This document shows, piece by piece, positions 1 to 11,483 of a stretch of DNA of 64,000 bases. Both the position numbers and the translations under genes were made by a program. Location of the stretch: assembly GCF_964355755.1 (NCBI RefSeq), contig NC_092672.1:13640001-13704000 (forward strand), written 5' to 3'. Origin of the DNA: Antedon mediterranea (taxonomy: Eukaryota > Animalia > Echinodermata). Numbering within the stretch: position 1 is the stretch's first letter; each line of letters opens with the position of its first letter. The notes beneath the pieces were generated by a model. It saw only the letters and a program-made list of their open reading frames with translations. It was not told where the DNA came from and searched no databases.

Positions 1-1392
1 CTAACCACCCTCCTGTGAAATGCCTGACGTGTATACCCATAAAAAAAACATCACTCCAGTTGTAAACCGCCAAGATCTGAACACCCTCCTGTACAACGCA
101 TGACGTGCCAGATGTAAACCGGCAAGATCTAACCACTCTCATGTAAAACGCCTGACATTTATACCCTTTAAAAAAAACATCACTCCAGATGTAATCCACC
201 AAGATTTAACCACCCTCATGTAAAACGCCTGACGTGTATAACCTTAAAAAAAACATTACTCCCTATGTAAACCGCCAAGATCTGACCACGCACTGTCATG
301 TAAAACGCCTGACGTGTATAACCTAAGAAATACATCACTCCAGATGTAAACCGGCAAGATTAAACCACCCTCATGTGAAACGACTGACGTGTATACCTTT
401 AAAAAAACCCATCCCTCATGTAAAACGCCTGACGTGTATAACCTAAGAAATACATCACTCCAGATGTAAACCGGCAAGATTAAACCACCCTCATGTGAAA
501 CGACTGACGTGTATACCTTTAAAAAAAACCCATCCCTTATGTAAAACGCCTGACGTGTATACCTTTAAAAAAAACCATTAAACCTGACATAAACCGCCAA
601 GATCTAACTACCCTCCTGGGAAATGCCTGACGTGTATACCCATAAAAAAAACATCACTCCAGATGTAAACCGCCAAGATCTGAACACCCTCATGTACAAC
701 GCCTGATGTGTATAATTACCTAAAAAAAAAACATCACTCCAGATGTAAACCGCCAAGATGTAACGACCCTCATGTAAAACGCCTGACGTGTATAACCTAT
801 AAAAAAAACATCACTCCAGATGTAAACCGCCAAGATGTAACGACCCTCATGTAAAACGCCTGATGTGTATAACCTAAAAAAAAAACATCACTCCAGATGT
901 AAACCGGCAAGATCTAACGACCCTCATGTAAAACGCCTGACGTGTATACCCATAAAAAAAACATCACTCCAGATGTAAACCGCCAAGATCTGAACACCCT
1001 CATGTACAACGCCTGATGTGTATAATTACCTTAAAAAAAAACATCACTCCAGATGTAAACCGCCAAGATCTAACCACCCTCATGTAAAACGCCTGACGTG
1101 TATACCCATAATAAAAACATCACTCCAGATGTAAACCGCCAAGATCTGAACACCCTCATGTACAACGCCTGATGTGTATAATTACCTAAAAAAAAAACAT
1201 CACTCCAGATGTAAACCGCCAAGATGTAACGACCCTCATGTAAAACGCCTGACGTGTATAACCTAAAAAAAAAACATCACTCCAGATGTTAACCGCCAAG
1301 ATGTAACGACCCTCATGTAAAACGCCTGACATGTATAACCTAAAAAAACACATCACTCCAGATGCAAACCGCCAATATCTGACCACCCTCTG
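1..1392. repeat. Minisatellite/satellite, ~76-80-bp unit (CATCACTCCAGATGTAAACCGCCAAGATCTAACCACCCTCATGTAAAACGCCTGACGTGTATACCCATAAAAAAAA), continues off the left edge
   Basis: CATCACTCCAGATG recurs at ~652, 732, 809, 886, 962, 1042, 1118, 1198, 1275 and 1351. The ORFs at 256-477 and 1186-1395 are simply translations of the repeat. Confidence 0.95.
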
Positions 1393-1639
1393 CAAACTGA
1401 TAAGAAAGTGGTTATTTTCAACAAGCTAACACAAAGAAAATAGTCCAGGAGTATTAGACAAAAAAAGGGCCAAAGGTAGAAATAAATATGCTAAAGCTGA
1501 ATTTTTCAGGATAGGTCCCCAATGTTGTCTGGAACAACATACTAAAAGTCCCCGGGTTTCCCCGTTGTGCTTCAACCTGATTGGGCCATTTTTGAAAATG
1601 GCGGCCATCTTAACATTATTTACCATATTTTGACAACCA

Positions 1640-2580
1640 GTAGGTGTAAGTAAACAATTTTGGTGTCAAAATACTCAGAAGACCAATATTTATATTCACT
1701 GTAATGGATAAGTTTTTAAAAAAATGACCGGAAATGCCTGTTTTGACCATAAATTTGGATTATCTCAATATCTCATCAACGACTGGCCGTAGAGAGTTCA
1801 AAGTTGTCCCAAATTATTCAGATTGCCCAACTTTCTATTCACTCTAATGAAAGAAAAATACTAAATTCCTTTAGAAACCTTCTATTCTGACCTTTGAACT
1901 ATTGACCTAAGCATATTTTAATTTTATAGACATCTTGGTGATCGATAGAAGTACATAAGCGAAATTGGTGTCAAAATACTCAGAAGACCCATATTTATAT
2001 TCATTATAATGGAAAAGTTTTTTAAAAAATGACAGGAAATGCATGTTTTGAACTTTGACCCTAAATTTGGATTATCTCAATATCTCATCAACGACTGGCC
2101 GTAGAGACTTCAAAGTTGTCCCAAATTATTCGGAATGCCCAACTTTCTATTTATACTTTAATGAAAGAAAAATACCAAAAACCTTTAGAAACCTTCTATT
2201 TTGACCGTTGAATTAACTATTGACGTAGGCATATTTATTTTTATAGACATCTTGGTGATCGATAGGATACGAAATTGGTTTCAAAATTTATAACTTTGAT
2301 CCTAAATTTGGGTTATCTCAATACCGCATCAACTGCTGGCCGTAGAGACTTCAAAATTGTCCTAAATTAAGCAGTGTGCCCAACTCTCTATTCACTGTAG
2401 TTAAAGAAAAATACTAAAAGCCTTTTGAAACCACCTATTTTGCCATTTGAACTATTGATCTGGACAATACAATTTTTATATCATAATTATATAGAAATCT
2501 TGGTGATCGATAGGAATACATAAGCGAATTTGTTGTCAAAATATTCCAAAACACCCATGTTTTTTTACCTTTGACTTTAA
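1640..2580 (+). repeat. Degenerate tandem repeat of ~305 bp (about 3 copies)
   Basis: TGGTGTCAAAATACTCAGAAGACC at ~1661 and ~1966, with variants at ~2276 and ~2531. CAACGACTGGCCGTAGAGA-TTCAAAGTTGTCCCAAATT recurs at ~1777, 2088 and 2330. Confidence 0.85.
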
Positions 2581-3939
2581 TCACTACATTATAATTTAAT
2601 AATTTAAGTCCCAAATAGTATGATGGACATATCATACCATTCATCATGCCATGAGATGTCAAATTTATCTGAAACAGCCTAGAAAAAGTGTCCGATGGAC
2701 GAATAATAATATTCATCAATATAGATATGAGGCCATAATTTCAGGTATCAAAGGGTCACAATGTGTCATTTGACAAATCACCTAAATAATAAAATACAAT
2801 ATGAAACTCTTACAAATCTATCAAGATGGATTATAAAGAAATTGTCACTGTAAAGTTGTTATGGTCTTCAACAGATTTTCATGCCCTTATTTTATTAACC
2901 ATCATAATTATAGTCCTGAAGTATTTTCGATTTTTAGAGAATTTTGATTAGAAAAAATACCGTAGAGAAAAATGTTCACATCTTAAAGATAAATGCAATA
3001 ATTCTTTTAAAATTAAATTGCATCATATCAGATAAGAATCGGAGGTATGACTAGAGCCTAAAATGAGACTTAGACTGAGACCTTGATAAATGGTTGGGTG
3101 GGTGACTATGTACAGTGTGCAGTTTTAGACAATTTAAAAAAATGTTATAAGATGAATTATGTACTCCAGACCTATATACACAAAGAAATGTAATAGTGCA
3201 GCTCAATTGAAAAAAAAAACCAATTTTACCAATAAGTGTGTGTCAAATCAACCAGTAGTGGTCTCTTTAATAATATTAAATGGCACTGCCGAAGAGGAAC
3301 ATTTCAGAATTGGTATAGCTCCAAAGTTTAAACATGGACATTAGCCATATAGAGAAGGCGTGGCATTTTTTAGAGGACTAATTTCTAACCTTTATTTCAA
3401 GAATAAATAAATAATAAAATTTGTTTGGTTACTAATGATAATTGTGTTGTTAAAGATAATTCTATTGATCTCTTTTTTGACCGTTATAATTGTTTTTGTA
3501 ATAAAATTAGTAAAATTGTATAATTTTGTATTGTTAGATTTTAAGATTTATATATATTTTTATATGGTATAGTTTATTCCATTCTGTAAGGGGCGGGTTT
3601 CCCGCTGTTGAATGAGTTTGAATAAAATAAAATAAAATAAAATGAATAAAAGAAGTGAAAACAGGCTAAAGCCCAAACAGACAGTAAAACGTATCATATA
3701 TATATAGTTTAAAATTGGGGCTTGGTTTGTCTGTTTAGCATCTGAGCAATTTGGAATGAATTTTACCTCTCATGACAATGGCCATACTGATGAATTGTTA
3801 GATTCTGTCTGTCTTTATGTCAACTTAAATTTAACTTTTTGCATCTAAGCCCTCCCTCTGGAGAGCACGGGCTATTGTCGGTTTATACAGGTAAGCTAGG
3901 CACGAAGTAAGACTAATTCTCATTAAAATCTAATGATTA

Positions 3940-4155
3940 AGGTCAAAGGTCAAAATACTTTCAATCGCATTAAGAGTAAACAGAAACATGGGTGTTTTGG
4001 AGTATTTTGACACCAAATTCCCTTATGTATTCCTATCGATCAGATCACAAAAATGTCTATACAATTTTGGTATACAATATGACCAGATCAAGGGTTCAAA
4101 GGTCAAAATAGAAGGTTTCTAAAGGAATTTGGTATTTTTCTTTCATTAGAGTGGA
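3940..4155 (-). repeat. Inverted partial copy of the ~305-bp repeat
   Basis: 3981-4150 is the reverse complement of the ACTCTAATGAAAGAAAAATAC...TTTAGAAACCTTCTATT...GATCGATAGGAATACATAAG...GTCAAAATA.TCCAAAACACCCATGTTT segment of 1840-2560. Confidence 0.8.
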
Positions 4156-5197
4156 TAAGCATATCACTACAAAAGTTTATATATTCAGACACTGTGTCCG
4201 TAAGTTCATTCAGATCATTAGCGTTATTAATAAACATCTCCCAGTCCGTATCATCAAATGCATCTTTTAGGCGTTCCGTTGCTTCCGCTGTCCATTTCTT
4301 TACTTTAATAGTCCTTGGCTTCTCTCGTTTAACTAATGGAATGTATTTCGGGTTTAGTACGATTAAAAAATGATCTCCCAAGCACGGCCACTGGGTTGAA
4401 ACATATGCGTTTTTCACGTTTGTGTAGCAAAGGTCTAATATACTTGTTTCTCGCGTAGGACATGTAACGTGTTGGTAGTAGTACTCGCTTGTCTTCTTCA
4501 ATGATCCGCGATTAAAATCTCCGTTTATGACAACGAATGCATCGGGCGAGGTGGCTTCTATGTCGTACAGTACTTCTGCAATCTCTGTCGATGCATTATT
4601 AACCAGATTTGTTTTGGGAATATATACAGTAACAATGACAACGTGTGAAAATTCCCTGGGTATATAATAGGGGCGTACGCTTACAACAAGAATTTCACAA
4701 TTTGGTGAGCATCTGTGCTTCTTCACGACTGCGTTATTTTGATGACAATATCTTTCGTTGACGTAAATACAGATACCACCACCCCTTTTCTTTCCTGATT
4801 CACATGTTCTGTCTCCCCTCAGTAATTTAAAACCATTAATTTCGATATGAGAATCATCATGCCTATCCTGCAACCATGTTTCAGTGAATGACATTATACT
4901 GGCATCACGGAATTCACGAAAGTATTTCGCGTTCGCTCTAAGTTCGTCCATTTTATTTGATATCGACTGAACATTTCCCATAATAATTGTAGGAATGTAT
5001 GGTCTTGCTTTGCGAGCACGTAAACGTTTCCTAATGCCTCCTGCCTTACCCCGTTTTCTCCGTCTCGCTTCCTTTGGTATGTCCATGGTGGGTCTAGACA
5101 GCGGTTGTCCGCGCACCTTTTGTCCAATGGAATGCAATTCGTTCGATGAATAGCATATCCTAGAGCCTGGGCCAGATCCATAGTATAATGCAGTCAT
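4103..5197 (-). pseudogene. Apurinic-like endonuclease (APE) domain of a Rex1/Babar-like LINE ORF, truncated before the RT
   Basis: EEP-family motifs as above. No RT follows. Confidence 0.8.
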
Positions 5198-5362
5198 TCA
5201 TCAATAAAAACCACTAAAATATCACCAACTTATCTTGAAATAATATTCACAGTCACTAGGACAATATTACCAATATAAAAAAACTATCATAGACATCATA
5301 AACGTTTAGAAATATACAAAAATACACAAAAATTGCGAGCAGCGTCGACCACACGTGCAGCG
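4150..5362 (-). mobile_element. Rex1/Babar-like non-LTR retrotransposon, 5' part (APE domain), 3'-truncated
   Basis: ORF 4103-5197 has the RRRKRGKAGG basic leader, MGNVQSISNKMDEL, FTETWL, GGGICIYVN, GDFN, LDLCYTN and GDH motifs. Its last ~15 codons run into the inverted 305-bp repeat. The 5' boundary is approximate. Confidence 0.8.
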
Positions 5363-6745
5363 AAATAGAAATTCTTGCATGGCAGTACGAAAACCTGCCT
5401 ATGGTTGTACATCATTGTAAATTGTCAACAGACACTGTGCTACAGACAGTGTACCGTGTGTTAAAAGTACAGCATTTATAGCAGACAACAACGTGTATAA
5501 CTTGCTATAGTTTTACAGATAGCACCTATGGACAGTAGCAGAATCGGGTGCACCACCCCATAGAGCCTTAAAAGCCAAATCCCAATCCTGGGCCGGACGT
5601 AAACGCACACACGAAGCCACATGACTGATCCCCTCTAATCTAGCATTAAAAACCTCTTTACTCGATACCTGATGCCAAGCAACTTGTTTCTTGCATAGGA
5701 GCCAATAATCTTGACACAATTTCCCCAGATGGACATATACCATCGGAGGTTCCATATCATGGGGACGGTTGTTATCCCACACCAAAATCCCAAGTCGATG
5801 AAGAACCCGACCTAACCACAAGGCACCAAAGAAAGACCATTCAACCCCTTTGCACACCTGTGACATGGAAGAAATTAGAATACTTTCACATTTCGCCACC
5901 GGATCTAACAGACCCAAGCCACCTTTACTTTTCGGCAAAAATAAGGTCTTCCGTGAAACCATTTCTCTACCACCCTTCCACACGAAGGAGAACATGCACT
6001 TATATATACGCTTGACCAAAGCCATAGGATCAACGTAAACAGGAGCTACATACAACACAATAGGTAACGCTATAGAATTCAGAATCAGGATTCTACCCAT
6101 TACAGACATTTTCCTATTTTTCCATTTTTCAACTGTTGTTTCGAACCGCCCCACAACTTTCTCCCACGTTGCCCGGCCGGGATCTTGAGCTCCAAACTCT
6201 ACCCCGCAAACTTTTAAAGAATTCACAGACCACGGGACTGACTCCACCCCAGGAAGTCAAGATAACCCTCGCCACACACCCCATAACAGACCACATGTTT
6301 TCGAAAGATTAAATCGGGAACCAGAGACTCCCTCCCTTCCGGGAACGCTACATGTTTGGAAGTCACCAAGTCACATATCACGCTACCCAAACGAAGACAA
6401 AGCACTTTTGCCAAAATCTTATAGTAAACATTTAGCAGGGTGATAGGACGCCGGTTCTTTGGGTCTTGGCTATCCCCAGGCTTCTGTAACAGGGTTATAA
6501 GACCAAGCCGTTGCGATTTCGACAAGCTACCGGACTGAAATACTGAAGTATAAACCTCAATTAAGTCGGCGCCAATAAGCGACCAAAATTCCAAATAAAA
6601 TTCCACTGGCAGGCCATCTGACCCAGGTGACTTGTCTTTGGCCATGGAAGAAATAGCTTTCAGTACCTCGGCCGCATCTACAGTTCCTTCCAAAACGTTT
6701 ACCTTTGTTCTTGGAACTTTTTACACCATTCAAGAAGCTTTCTTG

Positions 6746-7724
6746 CCCGGCGATTTTTTTTTTCGTACATAAGTTGGGGACCCCCTCATAAACGTCACAA
6801 AATAAACATGAATAATTCATCAGTTAAATTTGTTGTTCCGTGTGCACCCAAGCGTATAGCAACAAGAAGTGATTACACAACTGCGATACGATACTTTCTA
6901 CAGTAGGCCTAGGATTATAAGTCAATTCACGTGATTGCCTTCGCGCACTCTTCTTCACACAAAATGTGTCGAGTCGAGGCTAATCGACAGCTAGGCAAGA
7001 CATTAAACCATGGAGGTATATTTTTATACCTCCATGATTAAACTAAGTAGTAATTCATTGGACATAGCCCAAAGAAAGCTTAGAGCCACAAGAATAAAGA
7101 ATGTGTATTATAATTTGTGTACTGTATTTTTTTAATTCTGCTATTTTATTATCAAACAATATGCATGTACTCAAAGGAACTTTAAAAATGCCCGTATATG
7201 AACACATGAGATGGGAAGATTTGACCCACGAGAATAAAAAATGTATTTTTGTGTAATGTTTATTGTTTAATTTTGCTGACTTATTACTCGGATTGTGTCA
7301 TACCAAAGATAACTATCTTTGGTCATACCTAACACACACACGTCACACACACCCCCACACAGCTACTACTAGAATAGACACACATGGGTTTAGAGACTAA
7401 TAATTAGGCCTAATAGTATTAATAGAAACTATAATTTTAACACGTAATTCTTTAGTAATAAATTATATTAAAAACACCATAAACTAAAGGCTGATTATTT
7501 CGACAATCCACACAAAACGCCGCTATCTTCTATGAAATCGCACGCCGCAACAACAGCAGAGATAGGCCTAGAATCGTACCGCACTTGTGTGCTCACTTCT
7601 TGTTGCTATACGCTTGGGTGCACACGGAACAAGAACATTTAACTGATGAATTATTCATGTTTATTTTGTGACGTTTCATGAGGGGGTCCCCAACTTATGT
7701 ACGAAAAAAAAAATCGCGTCCGGG
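6746..7724. mobile_element. Non-autonomous TIR element (MITE-like), ~980 bp, ~125-bp TIRs starting CCCGG, inserted in Tx1 ORF2
   Basis: 6746-6872 (CCCGGCGATTTTTTTTTTCGTACATAAGTTGGGGACCCCCTCAT...GCAACAAGAAGTGA) is the near-perfect reverse complement of 7593-7724. The ORF2 frame rejoins across it (…YYQDLFDGSNSKLDI | QESFLNGV…). Confidence 0.9.
7009..7036. mobile_element. 28-bp palindromic micro-MITE or footprint with 7-bp TSD
   Basis: CATGGAGGTATA-TTTT-TATACCTCCATG is flanked by ATTAAAC at 7002-7008 and 7037-7043. Confidence 0.75.
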
Positions 7725-9000
7725 TATGTCTAACTTGCTGTTGCTTCCGTCAAAAAGGTCCTGATAATAGTCAGCAAAAACCCCAGCGATTTCCTCGCTA
7801 TCAGTGACGACATCGCCTTTACTGTTACGCACTGACAAGACCAGTTTCTTCTGTCCTCTCTGTTTTTCTTGGCCAAAAAAGAACTTGGAGCTCTTTTCCC
7901 CTTCCTCTAAAAACCGGACTCTTGCCCTAATTCGGGCCCTTCTCTTTCTATCTGGGCTAGCTTGTTTAAGTTAACCTTTATTGCTGTCATTGAATCCAAA
8001 ACTGCTGTCTCTTTAGACTGGTTGAGCTGGCATTTTAGATGCTCATACTCTTTCTCTAATTTTCTCCTTTCATTTTTCTTTGAAGTACTGATCCTCACCG
8101 AGTGGGAGATAATAACCTCTTTAGACATCCTCTTTACATCATCCCACCCACCATTCAAGAATTGACGAAAACCCCTGCTTTAACGACTGCCACAACTTAT
8201 ATCTATGAGAGAAGTCTTCAGTAAACACAGGATCATTCAGAACAGAAATGTTGCATTTCCATACGCCTTTACCTTTTCTTATGCAGGATGACACCTCCGC
8301 TTTCATTACTGTCCATTCATGATCAGAGGACGCACATACAGAGTACTCAAAATGCTTAACACAGATTGAAGGGGATGCATAAAACCTATCAAGTCTACAG
8401 GCAACACCCTTTGCGCTTGAGCTCCAGGATGTGCTAACGGTATTAGGATGTAACAAGCGGAACTGGTCGACCAGGCAATAATCCTGACAAAAATCACGTA
8501 ATTCGACCGAGCCCCGGGTTTCCCCCCACTTTGTCTGTACCTCCATCCATGATGCAATTAAAGTCCCCACCTAGAACACAAGGCACGGCTGGGGAAAGCC
8601 ACTCCGGCAGTGCAGCGAAGTACGCCTTTCTAATTGCCGGGTCATTTGGAGCATACACACAACAGAGCTGCACCAACTTCTCTCCGAACTTCACCAATCC
8701 TGAGATCACGGTACCATCCACATCCCTGCGAACTTTCGAAAGGGATAGCCCTGAACGAAGTAATATCCCGACTCCCCCACTTCGATTGGAGCTTCCACCC
8801 CAACAGACACATTCACCCCGTTCAAGAGACCACTGGTCGCTATCCATACCACAATGAACTTCCTGTAAAAAAAATCACATCATATTTCTTTTGCCTACAC
8901 GAATTAAAAATAAAAGTCCTCTTTGCAGGGTCTCTTAATCCATTTACATTTAAAGAACAGAATAAAACCATTGCTAAAATTAAGCTAAAAACTCTCATTA

Positions 9001-10320
9001 CTATTGCAACGATAGACGAACCATGCCGTTCACTGACGTTCTCAATACATACCCAGTATGCATTTCGACCAGGTGCGGGATTACTTCAGAAGGCCTCGAC
9101 ATCCGCCTTCTACACGCTCTAACCGGGCAGTCAACCATTACATTACTTTTGCCATGCTTCTTCGCCATGTGGTCTACATATGTCGCCCAAGCCGTAAAGG
9201 ACCCCTTGGTGCAACCCTTCGGGCAGCTTAATATAAACCCTCTTTCCTTGGCAAATTTTGAACTGTCAAGTTTAACTTGGGCCCTATCACGTCTGATCGT
9301 TTCTTTATCCGCGGATGCCATTGGCACCTCTTCCTCAGAACTAGCTTCTTCCTGAATTACCAGCCTTTGATCTTCTGGAAGGTCACCCATATCGCAATCA
9401 GCCCAGCTGCCAGAACATGTTGGTGTCACCACATCACCAATAGCAGACACATTACTAGCTTGTGATACCCGTTCATCAACATTTGACACAGAGCTAGTCA
9501 GTGTGCCCCTGTCATCTTGTGTAGACAAGTAACTGTCGTCTAACTCACCAGAAACGTCCACACTAATTTTGCTTTCTTCCTCTTCAACCGCATCCACTTC
9601 CAAACCTTCTGTCTGAGATTCCTGCTCACCTATCTCCGTATTCTCGTTCTCACTTCCATCCTCTACTCTATTTTCCCCTTTGGCCTTTGAACTGAACGAC
9701 ACGGGGCAGTTCCTGTAAACATGACCAGACACACCACAGATCGAACATTTAATCTCATTCTGACAATCCAGTGCCACATGCCCTAATTCCAGACATTTAT
9801 TACACTTCTTTTGCGAGCAGTCCCGGACAAAGTGACCTTCTACGCCGCATCGGAGGCACGTTTTAGGCTGCCCCCAATAAGAAACCCAACAGTTTCTAGA
9901 ACCCACTCTGATTTGCGACGGTATGTTCGTTTTAAGAGCCATCATAAACTGCCTGTTACCATTATAAATGGTAGGAAACTCACGATACGTCAATCTACGG
10001 GAAGCCAAAACTTCACCATATCGGGAAAGCACACATTTCACCACCTCATCCTGGACCTCATGCTCGACGTACAGCACCTTAACAATCACTCTGTTGTCAT
10101 AAATGTTGACAACCATGTTCGTACTAACACTGCTCAACTCACCGGCAGCACGTCGGCATATTGCAGAGGTCTTGAAAGACACGTCGTACGATCGACTGCT
10201 TAACCGCTGAACAGCTTCCACTTCTTCTACCCGAACACCAGATTTCTTGATATCCGCAAACACAGACTTCACATCCACCTCCTCTTCGTATCTCAGGTTG
10301 AGAGACGAACATCTCCGCAT
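9001..10320 (-). CDS. Tx1-type ORF1 (gag-like): RRM-like N-terminus, three CCHC zinc knuckles, acidic linker, two C2H2-like fingers
   Basis: CLRCGVEGHFVRDC, CNKCLELGHVALDC, CSICGVSGHVYRNC; IYNGNR..M and SYWGQPKTC motifs; C-terminal CPKGC..HMAKKH and CPVRAC..HLVEMH. Open for 439 aa. Confidence 0.88.
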   Translation of the reverse strand: MRRCSSLNLRYEEEVDVKSVFADIKKSGVRVEEVEAVQRLSSRSYDVSFKTSAICRRAAGELSSVSTNMVVNIYDNRVIVKVLYVEHEVQDEVVKCVLSRYGEVLASRRLTYREFPTIYNGNRQFMMALKTNIPSQIRVGSRNCWVSYWGQPKTCLRCGVEGHFVRDCSQKKCNKCLELGHVALDCQNEIKCSICGVSGHVYRNCPVSFSSKAKGENRVEDGSENENTEIGEQESQTEGLEVDAVEEEESKISVDVSGELDDSYLSTQDDRGTLTSSVSNVDERVSQASNVSAIGDVVTPTCSGSWADCDMGDLPEDQRLVIQEEASSEEEVPMASADKETIRRDRAQVKLDSSKFAKERGFILSCPKGCTKGSFTAWATYVDHMAKKHGKSNVMVDCPVRACRRRMSRPSEVIPHLVEMHTGYVLRTSVNGMVRLSLQ

Positions 10321-10379
10321 TTTGAGACGCCAAGTACTTCAATTAGATACAGGTATAACCTTCTATCTTACCACCACAC

Positions 10380-10392
10380 AAGAACAGATACT
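10380..10392 (-). other. 13-bp U2 snRNA segment (nt 35-47, AGTATCTGTTCTT) between two tandem Tx1 copies; putative target-site duplication
   Basis: The + strand AAGAACAGATACT is identical to the array U2 sequence and sits exactly between the A-rich 3' end of copy A and the 5' UTR of copy B. Confidence 0.8.
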
Positions 10393-11483
10393 CCTTTTTG
10401 ATTTAGAGCGAATGCAGACAAGGATAAACTAACTCAGAACATAACCACTAAGCGTTCAACCCCAGGCAGGCTGCCCACGGCAGACTGCCCACGGCAGACC
10501 GGAATACGTGAGGGTACGATCCTCCCTGCCTCTAAAAACTAAACACTGAACAAAAACGAGATGCGAGAAAACAGACACCGCAGTAAGTCGAATTAATTTA
10601 CAACTTAAAAACCAAATTTTCGCCCACCACGCATGCGAGAACACCTTGAGTACACCAAACATTTTGAAAAATTGATAACTGACACTTGAGTCGTGTAAAC
10701 TCGAGATTAATACGATTTTTTAGAGCTTTCTTGACTATGAGAATAAGACCTTCTCCCGAAACAAATTCATTGTGGAACAAGGCCTGACATCTAGCCTTCC
10801 AAATAACAAACTTAATCTCAGAAATAAAAAACACAGCCAATTCAAAAAGAAGCTGCTCGGACGCATTAAAAGAAAAAAATATCAAGTGGTTCTCAGACAC
10901 TGAGACATCCAACCCGTGGAAGCGACTAAGCACTTCCATCCCCCACTGCCAAACTAAAGCGAGATGCGAGCAGTCCATAAGACAGTGACGGATTGATTCC
11001 GTACCACCACACCAAGGACAGTCAAAACGCTTGACCGACATTCTGCGATGTTTCAAAACTTCTCCTACCGGGAGACAATTATGCACCGCTTTCCATCCTA
11101 CTTCTCTACTACAGTTAAGGATTCTACTACCCCATAGAGCCTTAAAAGCCAAATCCCAATCCTGGACCGGACGTGAACGCACACACGAAGCCACATGACT
11201 GATCCCCTCTAATCTAGCATTAAAAACCTCTTTACTCGATACCTGATGCCAAGCAACTTGTTTCTTGCATAGGAGCCAATAATCTTGACACAATTTCCCC
11301 AGATAGACATATACCATCGGAGGTTCCATATCATGGGGACGGTTGTTATCCCACACCAAAATCCCAAGTCGATGAAGAACTCGACCTAACCATAAGGCAC
11401 CAAAGAAAGACCATTCAACCCCTTTGCACACCTGTGACATGGAAGAAATTACAATACTTTCACATTTCGCCACCGGATCTAAC
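10393..11483 (-). mobile_element. Tx1-clade (Keno-like) LINE, copy A: 5'-truncated, with ORF2 C-terminus and 3' UTR
   Basis: ORF 10598-11473 has an RT-associated zinc-binding domain (WKAVHNCLP, CPWCGGTESIRHCLMDC, IWKARC). 11130-11483 is nearly identical to 5555-5909. A ~200-bp 3' UTR ends TAAATCAAAAAGG. The 5' end is joined to the U2 spacer. Confidence 0.88.

Larger units (their letters stand above)
5555..8998 (-). pseudogene. Tx1-type ORF2 (APE-RT): frameshifted, RT catalytic core deleted, interrupted by a TIR element
   Basis: Fragments 8494-8847, 8139-8570, 7907-8158, 6223-6693 and 5513-6247 are collinear pieces of one ORF2. There is a frameshift in the A-run at ~8867-8874. No QG..LSP or YADD motif lies between the RPITLLN and LKVCGVEFG blocks, so there is a deletion near ~6340. 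Confidence 0.85.
5555..10379 (-). mobile_element. Tx1-clade (Keno-like) LINE, copy B: 5' end and ORF1 intact, ORF2 decayed, 3' end lost
   Basis: ORF1 9001-10320. ORF2 pieces: NVNGLR and QEVH near 8970-8850, GGVGIL, VYAPN, GGDFNC, RLDRFY, SDH, WKCN, KSPGSDGLPVEFY, RRPITLLN, KSKGGLGL. The 5' end abuts a 13-bp U2 match at 10380-10392. Identity with copy A stops at ~5555. Confidence 0.88.

Noticed and set aside
256-3344. Small ORFs at 256, 1186, 1426, 2435 and 3159
   Set aside because: They lie in satellite or AT-rich repeat DNA with no domain signal.
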